A stretch of 64,000 nt of DNA, from NCBI RefSeq assembly GCF_011045215.1, contig NZ_CP049201.1, one strand, 5' to 3'. A program made the translations under genes and the position numbers. Below are positions 20,425-30,258 of the stretch, in pieces. The DNA is from Escherichia coli (lineage in GTDB: Bacteria > Pseudomonadota > Gammaproteobacteria > Enterobacterales > Enterobacteriaceae). The notes below the pieces were generated by a model. It worked only from the letters and a program-made list of their open reading frames with translations, searched no databases and was not told the DNA's origin. Position 1 is the first letter of the stretch; each line of letters opens with the position of its first letter.

Positions 20425-21288
20425 ATGTGGGCGCTAACTGCGGATGCGGATTTTCTGGCGCAGCGGGGGCAAGGACAGGTTGAACAGGTCTTTGCCAGAG
20501 CGGTAAATATCGCACTCCCGGCTCGCCAGCAGTTGCTGACGCTGCTTTGTGAAGAGTACGACAATGCGCCAAACAGTTGTCGGTTGGCACTCACTCACTT
20601 TGATGATCTGTTCCGGCATGGTGATAAGGTTCAGTTTGACGATCAAGGTATTACGGTTGGTCAACATCTTCATATAGAGATGAGTCGTTGTCGGCGTTGG
20701 CTGTCCCCAACCTTGCAAATGACCGCTGTGAATTTTCACCTTATCGCCTGGCAACAGTGGCACGACATTATTCATCAGCACCTGGGGGAAAATGAAACCC
20801 TGTTTAATTATCGCGGCGATAATCCGTTTTATCAGGCGTTAAATAAAGAATTACATATTAAACGACGGGCAGTTATTCAGACAGTAAACGATAAGCAAAA
20901 TATCGCCTCAGCGGTCGCCAGTATGATGGGGTTAGGGATTGGCCTTACGCCATCAGCCGACGATTATTTAACAGGTCTGGCGCTTATTTTATTTATTCCC
21001 GGGCATCCGGCGGAAAAATACAAAGAGGAATTTTATCTCGGTCTGCAACGCGGCAGAAATAATACCACATTATTAAGTGCTATAACGCTGGAAGCCGCAT
21101 TACAACAACGTTGCCGGGAAAATATTCATCGTTTTATTCACAACATTATTTATGACATCCCTGGGAACGCAACTCAGGCAATAGAAAAAATTAAACATAT
21201 TGGCTCCAGTTCCGGCTGCGACATGCTGTATGGCATGGCCGATGGTTGTGCGCTGAGCCAAACCTACGGAGGGAATTATGTCAGTTAA
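20425..21288 (+). CDS. yahE: DUF2877-family protein (YlbF paralog)
   Basis: 287-aa ORF; 3' end overlaps the yahF start by 11 nt. Confidence 0.85.
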   Translation: MWALTADADFLAQRGQGQVEQVFARAVNIALPARQQLLTLLCEEYDNAPNSCRLALTHFDDLFRHGDKVQFDDQGITVGQHLHIEMSRCRRWLSPTLQMTAVNFHLIAWQQWHDIIHQHLGENETLFNYRGDNPFYQALNKELHIKRRAVIQTVNDKQNIASAVASMMGLGIGLTPSADDYLTGLALILFIPGHPAEKYKEEFYLGLQRGRNNTTLLSAITLEAALQQRCRENIHRFIHNIIYDIPGNATQAIEKIKHIGSSSGCDMLYGMADGCALSQTYGGNYVS

Positions 21289-22825
21289 AATAGTCATTAA
21301 ACCGAATACCTATTTTGATTCTGTCTCGCTGATGTCTATCTCCACGCGTGCAAATAAACTCGACGGCGTCGAGCAGGCATTTGTGGCGATGGCGACCGAA
21401 ATGAATAAAGGCGTGCTGAAGAATTTAGGACTGCTGACGCCGGAGCTGGAACAGGCGAAAAACGGCGACCTGATGATTGTCATCAATGGTAAATCGGGTG
21501 CGGACAACGAGCAGTTGCTGGTGGAGATTGAAGAACTGTTCAACACCAAAGCGCAAAGCGGCTCGCACGAGGCGCGTTACGCCACTATTGCCAGCGCCAA
21601 AAAGCATATCCCGGAAAGTAACCTGGCGGTGATTTCGGTCAACGGTCTGTTTGCCGCTCGCGAAGCGCGTCAGGCGCTGCAAAACGATCTCAACGTGATG
21701 CTGTTTTCCGATAACGTCTCGGTTGAAGATGAACTGGCGCTCAAACAGTTGGCCCATGAAAAAGGGCTGCTGATGATGGGGCCGGACTGCGGCACGGCGA
21801 TTATCAACGGCGCGGCGCTCTGCTTTGGTAACGCCGTGCGTCGCGGTAACATCGGTATTGTTGGCGCATCCGGCACCGGCAGCCAGGAGCTGAGCGTCCG
21901 CATTCATGAATTTGGCGGAGGCGTTTCGCAACTCATCGGCACCGGCGGGCGCGACCTGAGCGAGAAAATCGGCGGCCTGATGATGCTCGACGCCATCGGG
22001 ATGCTGGAAAACGATCCGCAAACTGAAATTATCGCGCTGATTTCAAAACCTCCCGCGCCTGCGGTGGCCCGTAAAGTGCTGGAACGCGCCCGCGCCTGCC
22101 GCAAGCCGGTGGTGGTCTGCTTCCTCGGTCGTGGCGAAACGCCAGTGGACGAGCAGGGGCTACAGTTTGCTCGCGGCAGCAAAGAAGCGGCGCTGAAAGC
22201 GGTGATGCTCTCCGGCGTGAAACAGGAACATCTCGATCTGCATACCCTGAACCAGCCGTTGATTGCGGATGTGCGTGCGCGTCTGCAACCCCAGCAGAAA
22301 TACATTCGTGGCCTGTTCTGCGGCGGTACGCTGTGTGACGAAACCATGTTCGCGGTGATGGAAAAACACGGCGATGTCTACAGCAACATCCAGCCCGATC
22401 CTGAATTCCGCCTGCAAGATATCAACCGCAGCATCAAACACACCTTCCTCGACTTTGGCGATGACGACTTCACCAACGGCAAGCCGCACCCGATGATTGA
22501 CCCCACCAACCGTATCAGCCGCTTGATCGAAGAAGCGCGCGATCCAGAAGTGGCGGTGATCGTGATGGATTTTGTGCTCGGATTTGGATCGCACGAAGAT
22601 CCGGTTGGTTCCACCATCGAGGCGATCAAAGAAGCGAAAGCGATCGCCGCTGCCGAAGGACGCGAGTTGATCATTCTCGCCTATGTGCTGGGTACCGATC
22701 TTGATACGCCATCGTTAGAACAACAAAGCCAGATGCTGCTTGATGCCGGAGTGATTCTGGCGAGCAGCAGCACCAATACCGGATTGCTGGCGCGTGAATT
22801 TATCTGCAAAGGGGAGGAAGCCTGA
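21278..22825 (+). CDS. yahF: FdrA-like protein (succinyl-CoA synthetase-like CoA-binding/ligase folds)
   Basis: 515-aa ORF; FdrA-family architecture. Confidence 0.85.
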   Translation: MSVKIVIKPNTYFDSVSLMSISTRANKLDGVEQAFVAMATEMNKGVLKNLGLLTPELEQAKNGDLMIVINGKSGADNEQLLVEIEELFNTKAQSGSHEARYATIASAKKHIPESNLAVISVNGLFAAREARQALQNDLNVMLFSDNVSVEDELALKQLAHEKGLLMMGPDCGTAIINGAALCFGNAVRRGNIGIVGASGTGSQELSVRIHEFGGGVSQLIGTGGRDLSEKIGGLMMLDAIGMLENDPQTEIIALISKPPAPAVARKVLERARACRKPVVVCFLGRGETPVDEQGLQFARGSKEAALKAVMLSGVKQEHLDLHTLNQPLIADVRARLQPQQKYIRGLFCGGTLCDETMFAVMEKHGDVYSNIQPDPEFRLQDINRSIKHTFLDFGDDDFTNGKPHPMIDPTNRISRLIEEARDPEVAVIVMDFVLGFGSHEDPVGSTIEAIKEAKAIAAAEGRELIILAYVLGTDLDTPSLEQQSQMLLDAGVILASSSTNTGLLAREFICKGEEA

Positions 22826-24243
22826 TGAGCCAGTCACTGTTTAGCCAACCATTGAACGTTATTAACGTCGGCATCGCCATGTTTAGCGATGACCTGAAAA
22901 AGCAGCATGTAGAAGTGACTCAACTCGACTGGACGCCGCCGGGGCAGGGCAATATGCAGGTGGTGCAGGCGCTGGATAACATTGCCGATTCGCCGCTGGC
23001 AGACAAAATCGCCGCCGCTAACCAGCAGGCGCTGGAGCGCATTATCCAGTCGCATCCGGTGCTGATTGGTTTTGATCAGGCGATTAACGTGGTGCCGGGC
23101 ATGACGGCGAAAACCATTCTTCACGCCGGGCCGCCGATCACCTGGGAAAAAATGTGCGGCGCGATGAAAGGCGCGGTCACCGGAGCGCTGGTGTTCGAAG
23201 GGCTGGCGAAAGATCTCGATGAGGCGGCTGACCTGGCGGCTTCCGGGGAGATCACCTTCTCGCCGTGTCACGAGCACGACTGCGTGGGATCGATGGCGGG
23301 TGTGACCTCGGCCTCGATGTTTATGCACATCGTAAAAAACAAAACCTACGGCAACATCGCTTATACCAACATGAGCGAGCAGATGGCGAAGATTTTGCGT
23401 ATGGGCGCTAACGACCAGAGCGTGATTGACCGCCTGAACTGGATGCGTGATGTGCAGGGACCAATACTGCGCGACGCGATGAAAATTATCGGCGAAATCG
23501 ATCTGCGCTTAATGCTGGCGCAGGCGCTGCATATGGGCGATGAGTGCCATAACCGCAATAACGCCGGGACGACGCTGCTGATTCAGGCGCTGACGCCGGG
23601 GATTATCCAGGCGGGCTATTCCGTGGAGCAACAGCGCGAAGTGTTTGAGTTTGTCGCCAGCAGCGACTACTTCTCCGGCCCGACGTGGATGGCGATGTGT
23701 AAAGCGGCGATGGATGCGGCGCACGGCATCGAATACAGCACCGTCGTTACCACCATGGCGCGTAACGGCGTCGAATTCGGCCTGCGAGTCAGCGGATTAC
23801 CGGGGCAATGGTTTACCGGCCCGGCGCAGCAGGTTATTGGCCCGATGTTTGCCGGTTATAAGCCGGAAGATTCAGGGCTGGATATTGGCGACAGCGCCAT
23901 CACTGAAACCTACGGTATTGGCGGGTTTGCCATGGCGACCGCGCCTGCAATCGTCGCGCTGGTCGGCGGTACGGTGGAAGAGGCTATCGATTTCTCCCGT
24001 CAGATGCGCGAAATCACTCTCGGTGAAAACCCCAACGTCACCATTCCGCTGCTCGGTTTTATGGGCGTGCCGTCGGCAATCGACATCACCCGCGTGGGTA
24101 GCAGCGGCATTCTGCCGGTGATCAACACCGCCATCGCCCATAAAGATGCGGGCGTCGGCATGATTGGCGCGGGCATTGTGCATCCACCTTTTGCCTGCTT
24201 CGAGAAAGCCATTCTTGGCTGGTGCGAACGTTACGGCGTCTGA
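22825..24243 (+). CDS. yahG: DUF1116-family protein (YlbE paralog)
   Basis: 472-aa ORF starting on the yahF stop codon (ATGA overlap). Confidence 0.85.
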   Translation: MSQSLFSQPLNVINVGIAMFSDDLKKQHVEVTQLDWTPPGQGNMQVVQALDNIADSPLADKIAAANQQALERIIQSHPVLIGFDQAINVVPGMTAKTILHAGPPITWEKMCGAMKGAVTGALVFEGLAKDLDEAADLAASGEITFSPCHEHDCVGSMAGVTSASMFMHIVKNKTYGNIAYTNMSEQMAKILRMGANDQSVIDRLNWMRDVQGPILRDAMKIIGEIDLRLMLAQALHMGDECHNRNNAGTTLLIQALTPGIIQAGYSVEQQREVFEFVASSDYFSGPTWMAMCKAAMDAAHGIEYSTVVTTMARNGVEFGLRVSGLPGQWFTGPAQQVIGPMFAGYKPEDSGLDIGDSAITETYGIGGFAMATAPAIVALVGGTVEEAIDFSRQMREITLGENPNVTIPLLGFMGVPSAIDITRVGSSGILPVINTAIAHKDAGVGMIGAGIVHPPFACFEKAILGWCERYGV

Positions 24244-24254
24244 CCTACATGTTC

Positions 24255-24715
24255 ATGCCGGATGCGGCGTGAACGCCTTATCCGGCCTACAAGTGGCGCA
24301 AGAATTTGTAGGCCTGATAAGCGTAGCGCATCAGGCATTTGTCACCATTGCCTGATGCGGCGTGAACGCCTTATCCGGCCTACGAGTGGCGCGAGAATTT
24401 GTAGGCCTGATAAGCGTAGCGCATCAGGCATTTGTCACCATTGCCGGATGCGGCGTGAACGCCTTATCCGGCCTACGAGTGGCACGAGAATTTGTAGGCC
24501 TGATAAGCGTAGCGCATCAGGCATTTGTCACCATTGCCGGATGCGGCGTGAACGCCTTATCCGGCCTACGAGTGGCACGAGAATTTGTAGGCCTGATAAG
24601 CGTAGCGCATCAGGCATTTGTCACCATTGCCGGATGCGGCGTGAACGCCTTATCCGGCCTACGAGTGGCACGAGAATTTGTAGGCCTGATAAGCGTAGCG
24701 CATCAGGCAATTTGG
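24255..24715. repeat. REP/BIME array, about 5 tandem units of 93-94 bp
   Basis: Unit gccggatgcggcgtgaacgccttatccggcctacgagtggcgcgagaatttgtaggcctgataagcgtagcgcatcaggcatttgtcaccatt recurs starting near 24258, 24351, 24444, 24538 and 24631. Confidence 0.9.
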
Positions 24716-24758
24716 CGTTGGTCACAACCCCATCATCCTCTGTAGCGGACATAACAAA

Positions 24759-25709
24759 ATGAAAGAGCTTGTGGTCGTTGCCATTGGTGGCAACAGCATT
24801 ATCAAAGATAACGCCAGCCAGTCGATTGAGCATCAGGCGGAGGCGGTGAAAGCCGTCGCCGATACGGTGCTGGAAATGCTGGCTTCCGATTACGACATTG
24901 TGCTGACCCACGGTAACGGGCCGCAGGTCGGGCTGGATTTACGCCGTGCGGAGATTGCCCACGAGCGCGAAGGGCTGCCCTTAACGCCGCTGGCGAACTG
25001 TGTGGCAGATACGCAGGGCGGCATCGGCTATCTGATCCAACAGGCGCTGAATAACCGGCTGGCGCGTCACGGCGAGAAGAAAGCCGTCACCGTGGTGACT
25101 CAGGTGGAAGTGGATAAAAACGATCCAGGTTTTGCCCATCCCACCAAGCCCATTGGTGCATTCTTCAGTGAAAGCCAGCGTGACGAATTACAAAAGGCAA
25201 ACCCTGACTGGCGTTTTGTTGAAGATGCCGGACGGGGCTATCGCCGCGTGGTCGCCTCGCCGGAACCGAAACGTATTGTCGAAGCACCCGCCATTAAGGC
25301 GCTGATCCAACAAGGCTTTGTGGTGATTGGCGCGGGCGGCGGCGGAATTCCTGTGGTGCGTACTGACGCGGGAGATTACCAAAGCGTGGACGCGGTTATC
25401 GACAAAGATCTCTCTACCGCGCTACTGGCTCGCGAAATTCACGCCGACATTCTGGTGATCACCACTGGCGTGGAAAAAGTGTGTATTCATTTTGGTAAAC
25501 CGCAGCAACAGGCGCTCGATCGGGTGGATATTGCCACCATGACCCGCTATATGCAGGAAGGGCATTTCCCGCCCGGCAGCATGTTGCCAAAAATCATCGC
25601 CAGCCTGACGTTCCTGGAACAGGGCGGCAAAGAAGTGATTATCACCACGCCGGAATGCCTGCCTGCGGCGCTGCGCGGTGAAACGGGCACCCATATTATT
25701 AAAACGTAA
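24759..25709 (+). CDS. yahI: Carbamate kinase-family protein
   Basis: 316-aa ORF; amino-acid kinase fold motifs (VVVAIGGNSI, THGNGPQVG, VIGAGGGGIPV). Confidence 0.9.
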   Translation: MKELVVVAIGGNSIIKDNASQSIEHQAEAVKAVADTVLEMLASDYDIVLTHGNGPQVGLDLRRAEIAHEREGLPLTPLANCVADTQGGIGYLIQQALNNRLARHGEKKAVTVVTQVEVDKNDPGFAHPTKPIGAFFSESQRDELQKANPDWRFVEDAGRGYRRVVASPEPKRIVEAPAIKALIQQGFVVIGAGGGGIPVVRTDAGDYQSVDAVIDKDLSTALLAREIHADILVITTGVEKVCIHFGKPQQQALDRVDIATMTRYMQEGHFPPGSMLPKIIASLTFLEQGGKEVIITTPECLPAALRGETGTHIIKT

Positions 25710-25718
25710 GGACGTAAG

Positions 25719-27101
25719 ATGAAAGAAAGCAATAGCCGCCGTGAATTTCTGAGCCAGAGCGGTAAGATGGTCACCGCCGCCGCGCTGTTTGGTACCTCTG
25801 TGCCGCTCGCCCATGCGGCGGTAGCTGGCACCCTAAACTGCGAAGCGAACAACACCATGAAAATCACTGACCCGCATTACTATCTCGACAACGTGCTGCT
25901 GGAAACTGGATTTGACTACGAAAATGGCGTGGCGGTGCAGACCCGCACGGCGCGCCAGACCGTGGAGATTCAGGACGGCAAAATTGTCGCGCTGCGCGAG
26001 AACAAGCAGCATCCGGACGCCACGCTGCCGCACTATGACGCTGGCGATAAGCTGATGCTGCCCACCACCCGCGACATGCATATTCATCTCGACAAAACCT
26101 TCTACGGCGGGCCGTGGCGCTCGCTCAATCGTCCGGCAGGCACCACTATCCAGGACATGATCAAACTCGAGCAGAAAATGCTGCCGGAGTTACAACCGTA
26201 TACGCAGGAGCGGGCGGAAAAACTGATCGATCTATTGCAGTCGAAAGGCACCACCATTGCCCGCAGCCACTGCAATATCGAACCGGTTTCCGGTCTGAAA
26301 AATCTGCAAAATTTGCAGGCGGTGCTGGCGCGACGTCAGGCGGGCTTCGAGTGTGAAATCGTCGCCTTCCCGCAGCACGGTTTGCTGCTGTCGAAATCGG
26401 AACCCTTAATGCGCGAAGCGATGCAGGCGGGTGCGCATTACGTCGGCGGGCTGGACCCGACCAGTGTCGATGGCGCGATGGAAAAATCCCTCGACACCAT
26501 GTTCCAGATTGCGCTGGACTACGACAAAGGCGTCGATATTCACCTGCACGAAACCACTCCGTCGGGCGTGGCAGCCATCAATTATATGGTTGAAACGGTA
26601 GAGAAAACGCCTCAACTGAAAGGTAAGCTGACCATCAGCCACGCCTTTGCGCTGGCTACGCTCAACGAGCAACAGGTAGATGAACTGGCGCATCGCATGG
26701 CGGCGCAGCAAATTTCTATCGCCTCGACGGTGCCGATTGGCACGCTGCATATGCCGCTCAAACAGTTGCACGACAAAGGCGTAAAAGTGATGACTGGCAC
26801 TGACAGCGTTATCGACCACTGGTCGCCTTATGGTCTGGGCGACATGCTGGAAAAAGCCAATCTCTACGCGCAGCTCTATATTCGTCCTAACGAACAGAAC
26901 CTCTCCCGTTCGCTGTTTTTAGCCACTGGCGATGTATTGCCGCTGAATGAAAAAGGCGAGCGTGTATGGCCAAAAGCGCAGGATGACGCCAGCTTTGTGC
27001 TGGTGGACGCCTCCTGTTCCGCCGAGGCGGTGGCGCGTATCTCGCCGAGAACCGCAACGTTCCATAAAGGGCAACTGGTGTGGGGGAGTGTGGCAGGTTG
27101 A
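25719..27101 (+). CDS. yahJ: Amidohydrolase-superfamily deaminase with twin-arginine (Tat) signal peptide
   Basis: 460-aa ORF; N-terminal SRREFLSQSGKMVTAAALFGTSVPLAHA (Tat motif S-R-R-x-F-L); metal-binding HxH motif (HIH). Confidence 0.9.
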   Translation: MKESNSRREFLSQSGKMVTAAALFGTSVPLAHAAVAGTLNCEANNTMKITDPHYYLDNVLLETGFDYENGVAVQTRTARQTVEIQDGKIVALRENKQHPDATLPHYDAGDKLMLPTTRDMHIHLDKTFYGGPWRSLNRPAGTTIQDMIKLEQKMLPELQPYTQERAEKLIDLLQSKGTTIARSHCNIEPVSGLKNLQNLQAVLARRQAGFECEIVAFPQHGLLLSKSEPLMREAMQAGAHYVGGLDPTSVDGAMEKSLDTMFQIALDYDKGVDIHLHETTPSGVAAINYMVETVEKTPQLKGKLTISHAFALATLNEQQVDELAHRMAAQQISIASTVPIGTLHMPLKQLHDKGVKVMTGTDSVIDHWSPYGLGDMLEKANLYAQLYIRPNEQNLSRSLFLATGDVLPLNEKGERVWPKAQDDASFVLVDASCSAEAVARISPRTATFHKGQLVWGSVAG

Positions 27102-27477
27102 TGCGCATTTGAAACGCCTGCAACGGTGAATAGTAAGAGATTTAAGCCCCAGGGAGTGGGGCAATCTGAATATGAGTGTGTCGGCAGAAATGGACATTAT
27201 CTTTTAGGAATATGCCCTTATTGACGTTGTGTAGATAACTATTTGTCTACGTGAAAAGATCATCAGTTTTGCCGATTTTAGTCTTTTACGGATAGCAAAT
27301 ATCACACTTACAGGCGCTCGCCTTATGGGGAACGTTGCTGCTCTGTTTCATTCAGGCTCGCGGCATGTTGGGGCTGGATCGGGTGGTTTAAATATTGGCT
27401 ATATTCAATGGACGCGTTTTGCCGCGATGACATATCAGGCGTCGCCAAATACACATAGCTAATCAGGAGTAAACACA

Positions 27478-28527
27478 ATGAAGATCAAAGCTGTTGGTGC
27501 ATATTCCGCTAAACAACCACTTGAACCGATGGATATCACCCGGCGTGAACCGGGACCGAATGATGTCAAAATCGAAATCGCTTACTGTGGCGTCTGCCAT
27601 TCCGATCTCCACCAGGTCCGTTCCGAGTGGGCGGGGACGGTTTATCCCTGCGTGCCGGGTCATGAAATTGTGGGGCGTGTGGTAGCCGTTGGTGATCAGG
27701 TAAAAAAATATGCGCCGGGCGATCTGGTCGGTGTCGGCTGCATTGTCGACAGTTGTAAACATTGCGAAGAGTGTGAAGACGGGCTGGAAAACTACTGTGA
27801 TCACATGACCGGCACCTATAACTCGCCGACGCCGGACGAACCGGGCCATACTCTGGGCGGCTACTCACAACAGATCGTCGTTCATGAGCGATATGTTCTG
27901 CGTATTCGTCACCCGCAAGAGCAGCTGGCGGCGGTGGCTCCTTTGTTGTGTGCAGGGATCACCACGTATTCGCCGCTACGTCACTGGCAGGCCGGACCGG
28001 GTAAAAAAGTGGGCGTGGTCGGCATCGGCGGTCTGGGACATATGGGGATCAAGCTGGCCCACGCGATGGGGGCGCATGTGGTGGCATTTACCACTTCTGA
28101 GTCAAAACGCGAAGCGGCAAAAGCCCTGGGGGCCGATGAAGTTGTTAACTCACGCAATGCCGATGAGATGGCGGCTCATGTGAAGAGTTTCGATTTCATT
28201 TTGAATACAGTAGCTGCGCCACATAATCTCGACGATTTTACCACCTTGCTGAAGCGTGATGGCACCATGACGCTGGTTGGTGCGCCTGCGACACCGCATA
28301 AATCGCCGGAAGTTTTCAACCTGATCATGAAACGCCGTGCGATAGCCGGTTCTATGATTGGCGGCATTCCAGAAACTCAGGAGATGCTCGATTTTTGCGC
28401 CGAACATGGCATCGTGGCTGATATAGAGATGATTCGGGCCGATCAAATTAATGAAGCCTATGAGCGAATGCTGCGTGGTGATGTGAAATATCGTTTTGTT
28501 ATCGATAATCGCACACTAACAGACTGA
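27478..28527 (+). CDS. yahK: NADPH-dependent aldehyde reductase (Zn-dependent MDR/ADH family)
   Basis: 349-aa ORF; zinc-ADH signature GHEIVGRV, structural Zn Cys cluster (CKHCEECEDGLENYC), Rossmann GxGxxG (VGIGGLG). Confidence 0.95.
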   Translation: MKIKAVGAYSAKQPLEPMDITRREPGPNDVKIEIAYCGVCHSDLHQVRSEWAGTVYPCVPGHEIVGRVVAVGDQVKKYAPGDLVGVGCIVDSCKHCEECEDGLENYCDHMTGTYNSPTPDEPGHTLGGYSQQIVVHERYVLRIRHPQEQLAAVAPLLCAGITTYSPLRHWQAGPGKKVGVVGIGGLGHMGIKLAHAMGAHVVAFTTSESKREAAKALGADEVVNSRNADEMAAHVKSFDFILNTVAAPHNLDDFTTLLKRDGTMTLVGAPATPHKSPEVFNLIMKRRAIAGSMIGGIPETQEMLDFCAEHGIVADIEMIRADQINEAYERMLRGDVKYRFVIDNRTLTD

Positions 28528-28769
28528 AAAAATTAATAAATACGTTGTGGTTTAACATATTAACTTCGCTCTCCACTTAACTTTTTAGTTAAGGAGAGCG
28601 AAATAATATCAAAGTAGCAGTAAAACCTATAACGTAAATTCAAATTGTTAAATTAACTCCCTCCAGTACACAATACTTCACACGTTAGTTATGAGCGATT
28701 TCTGATAGTGCCTGGTTTAATCAGAGCTTTATTATCTGCGACGTTTATTTTTATTTAAGAGAGATCGCG

Positions 28770-29585
28770 ATGATATCATTAAAAGCTCCGCACAATAATT
28801 TGATGCCATATACGCAACAAAGCATACTTAATACGGTTAAAAACAATCAGTTACCAGAGGATATCAAAAGCTCCCTGGTTTCCTGTGTCGATATATTCAA
28901 GGTTTTGATTAAACAATATTATGATTATCCTTATGATTGTCGTGATGATTTAGTCGATGACGACAAACTCATTCATCTCATGGCTGCCGTACGAGACTGT
29001 GAGTGGTCAGACGATAACGCACTCACCATAAATGTGCAGTTTAATGATTTCCCTGGATTTTATGACTGGATGGATTACCCTGATCACCCGGTTAAGTTTG
29101 TTTTTCGCATACTTGAAAATCAAAAAGGGACAGTTTGGGTATATGACCAGGATGATGCGTTTCTTGATATTAAAGCAAATGTGCAGGCTGGACGCTTTAC
29201 CGGGCTTAAGAAATTAGTGCAGTTTATCGATTCAGTGCGAACAGATTGCAAATGTATTCTTCTTGAACACCATATGCCTTTGCTGAGAATTTTCCCTAAA
29301 GGGAAAGAGTGTATGCATGTGGAAAAATGGCTTCGCGAAATGTCGTCTATTCCGGAGACAGACGCGCCCATTAAGCAGGCGCTTGCGCATGGATTATTAT
29401 TACACTTAAAAAATATCTACCCTGTTTTTCCTGAATCACTGGTGATGTTATTGCTCTCTGTTCTGGACGTAAAAACATACAGAGATGATGCGCGATTAAA
29501 TCAATGGATATCTAATAGAGTCCAGGAATTAGGTGACAGATATTATCCTGTAAATAAGCACGTTAAAATCCGCTACACTCTTTAG
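28770..29585 (+). CDS. yahL: Uncharacterised protein YahL (no recognisable domain)
   Basis: 271-aa ORF in an AT-rich segment. Confidence 0.7.
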   Translation: MISLKAPHNNLMPYTQQSILNTVKNNQLPEDIKSSLVSCVDIFKVLIKQYYDYPYDCRDDLVDDDKLIHLMAAVRDCEWSDDNALTINVQFNDFPGFYDWMDYPDHPVKFVFRILENQKGTVWVYDQDDAFLDIKANVQAGRFTGLKKLVQFIDSVRTDCKCILLEHHMPLLRIFPKGKECMHVEKWLREMSSIPETDAPIKQALAHGLLLHLKNIYPVFPESLVMLLLSVLDVKTYRDDARLNQWISNRVQELGDRYYPVNKHVKIRYTL

Positions 29586-29996
29586 GTCAGAAAGGGTTCC
29601 ACCTGCAAGTTGTTATTCCACCAGAGAGTGAATCGCAATGCAGGTAATCATTTCATCTGTATATCTGTATGCCACTGGCATTCCATCTCTTTTTTCGCCG
29701 ATATTTTGTTGTGATCGGCGACACTTCGCTTAAAAAAGCACCAGTAGTGGTTTCGCAGCCATGCGGTGTATAAAAAATGATCTCATGCAGATGTTTTGTG
29801 AATGTGTGGGTTGACATTCATATGAAAAAAATCATAATTCCATCATGTTTGTGTGGGGTCTTTTCTGTATCTTACGCATCGCACTCAAGCCTGACAGAAA
29901 ATATGCTGTAAGGCTCATATCAAAAACCGCCATTAGCTCATCAGGAAGAGCAGACGACAACCAGGATTGTTGTATGGTACGGGGTTCGAGGCCTCG

Positions 29997-30242
29997 ATGG
30001 CGGTCCAACTTTTCAAAACTCTTCTGAATCAGATCCCCTTATTATCATCCCTGCAAAGTGGAATATTGCCATTGTTTGGCTATTCAGGACGGGTCAGACC
30101 AATGAAAAAAGCCCACACAGGGGAGAGTGGGCTGAAATGGGAAGCTAAAGACTCAAGTAAACTTATCGGAAATAAGGACCACGCATTACGGGGGCTATCA
30201 TCGCCGATGGTCGGGATTCGGCAAATCAGGTTGATTACGTAG
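29997..30242 (+). CDS. yahM: Small uncharacterised protein YahM
   Basis: ORF 29967..30242; start placed at internal ATG (MAVQLFKTLLNQ...), 81 aa. Weak call. Confidence 0.5.
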   Translation: MAVQLFKTLLNQIPLLSSLQSGILPLFGYSGRVRPMKKAHTGESGLKWEAKDSSKLIGNKDHALRGLSSPMVGIRQIRLIT

Positions 30243-30258
30243 AGAGTAAATTATCTGC

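Noticed and set aside
24262-24762. ORFs 24262..24762 (166 aa) and 24362..24745 (127 aa) with internally repeating peptide sequence
   Set aside because: They are frame translations of the 5-unit REP/BIME array; the periodic peptide is a repeat artefact, not a gene.
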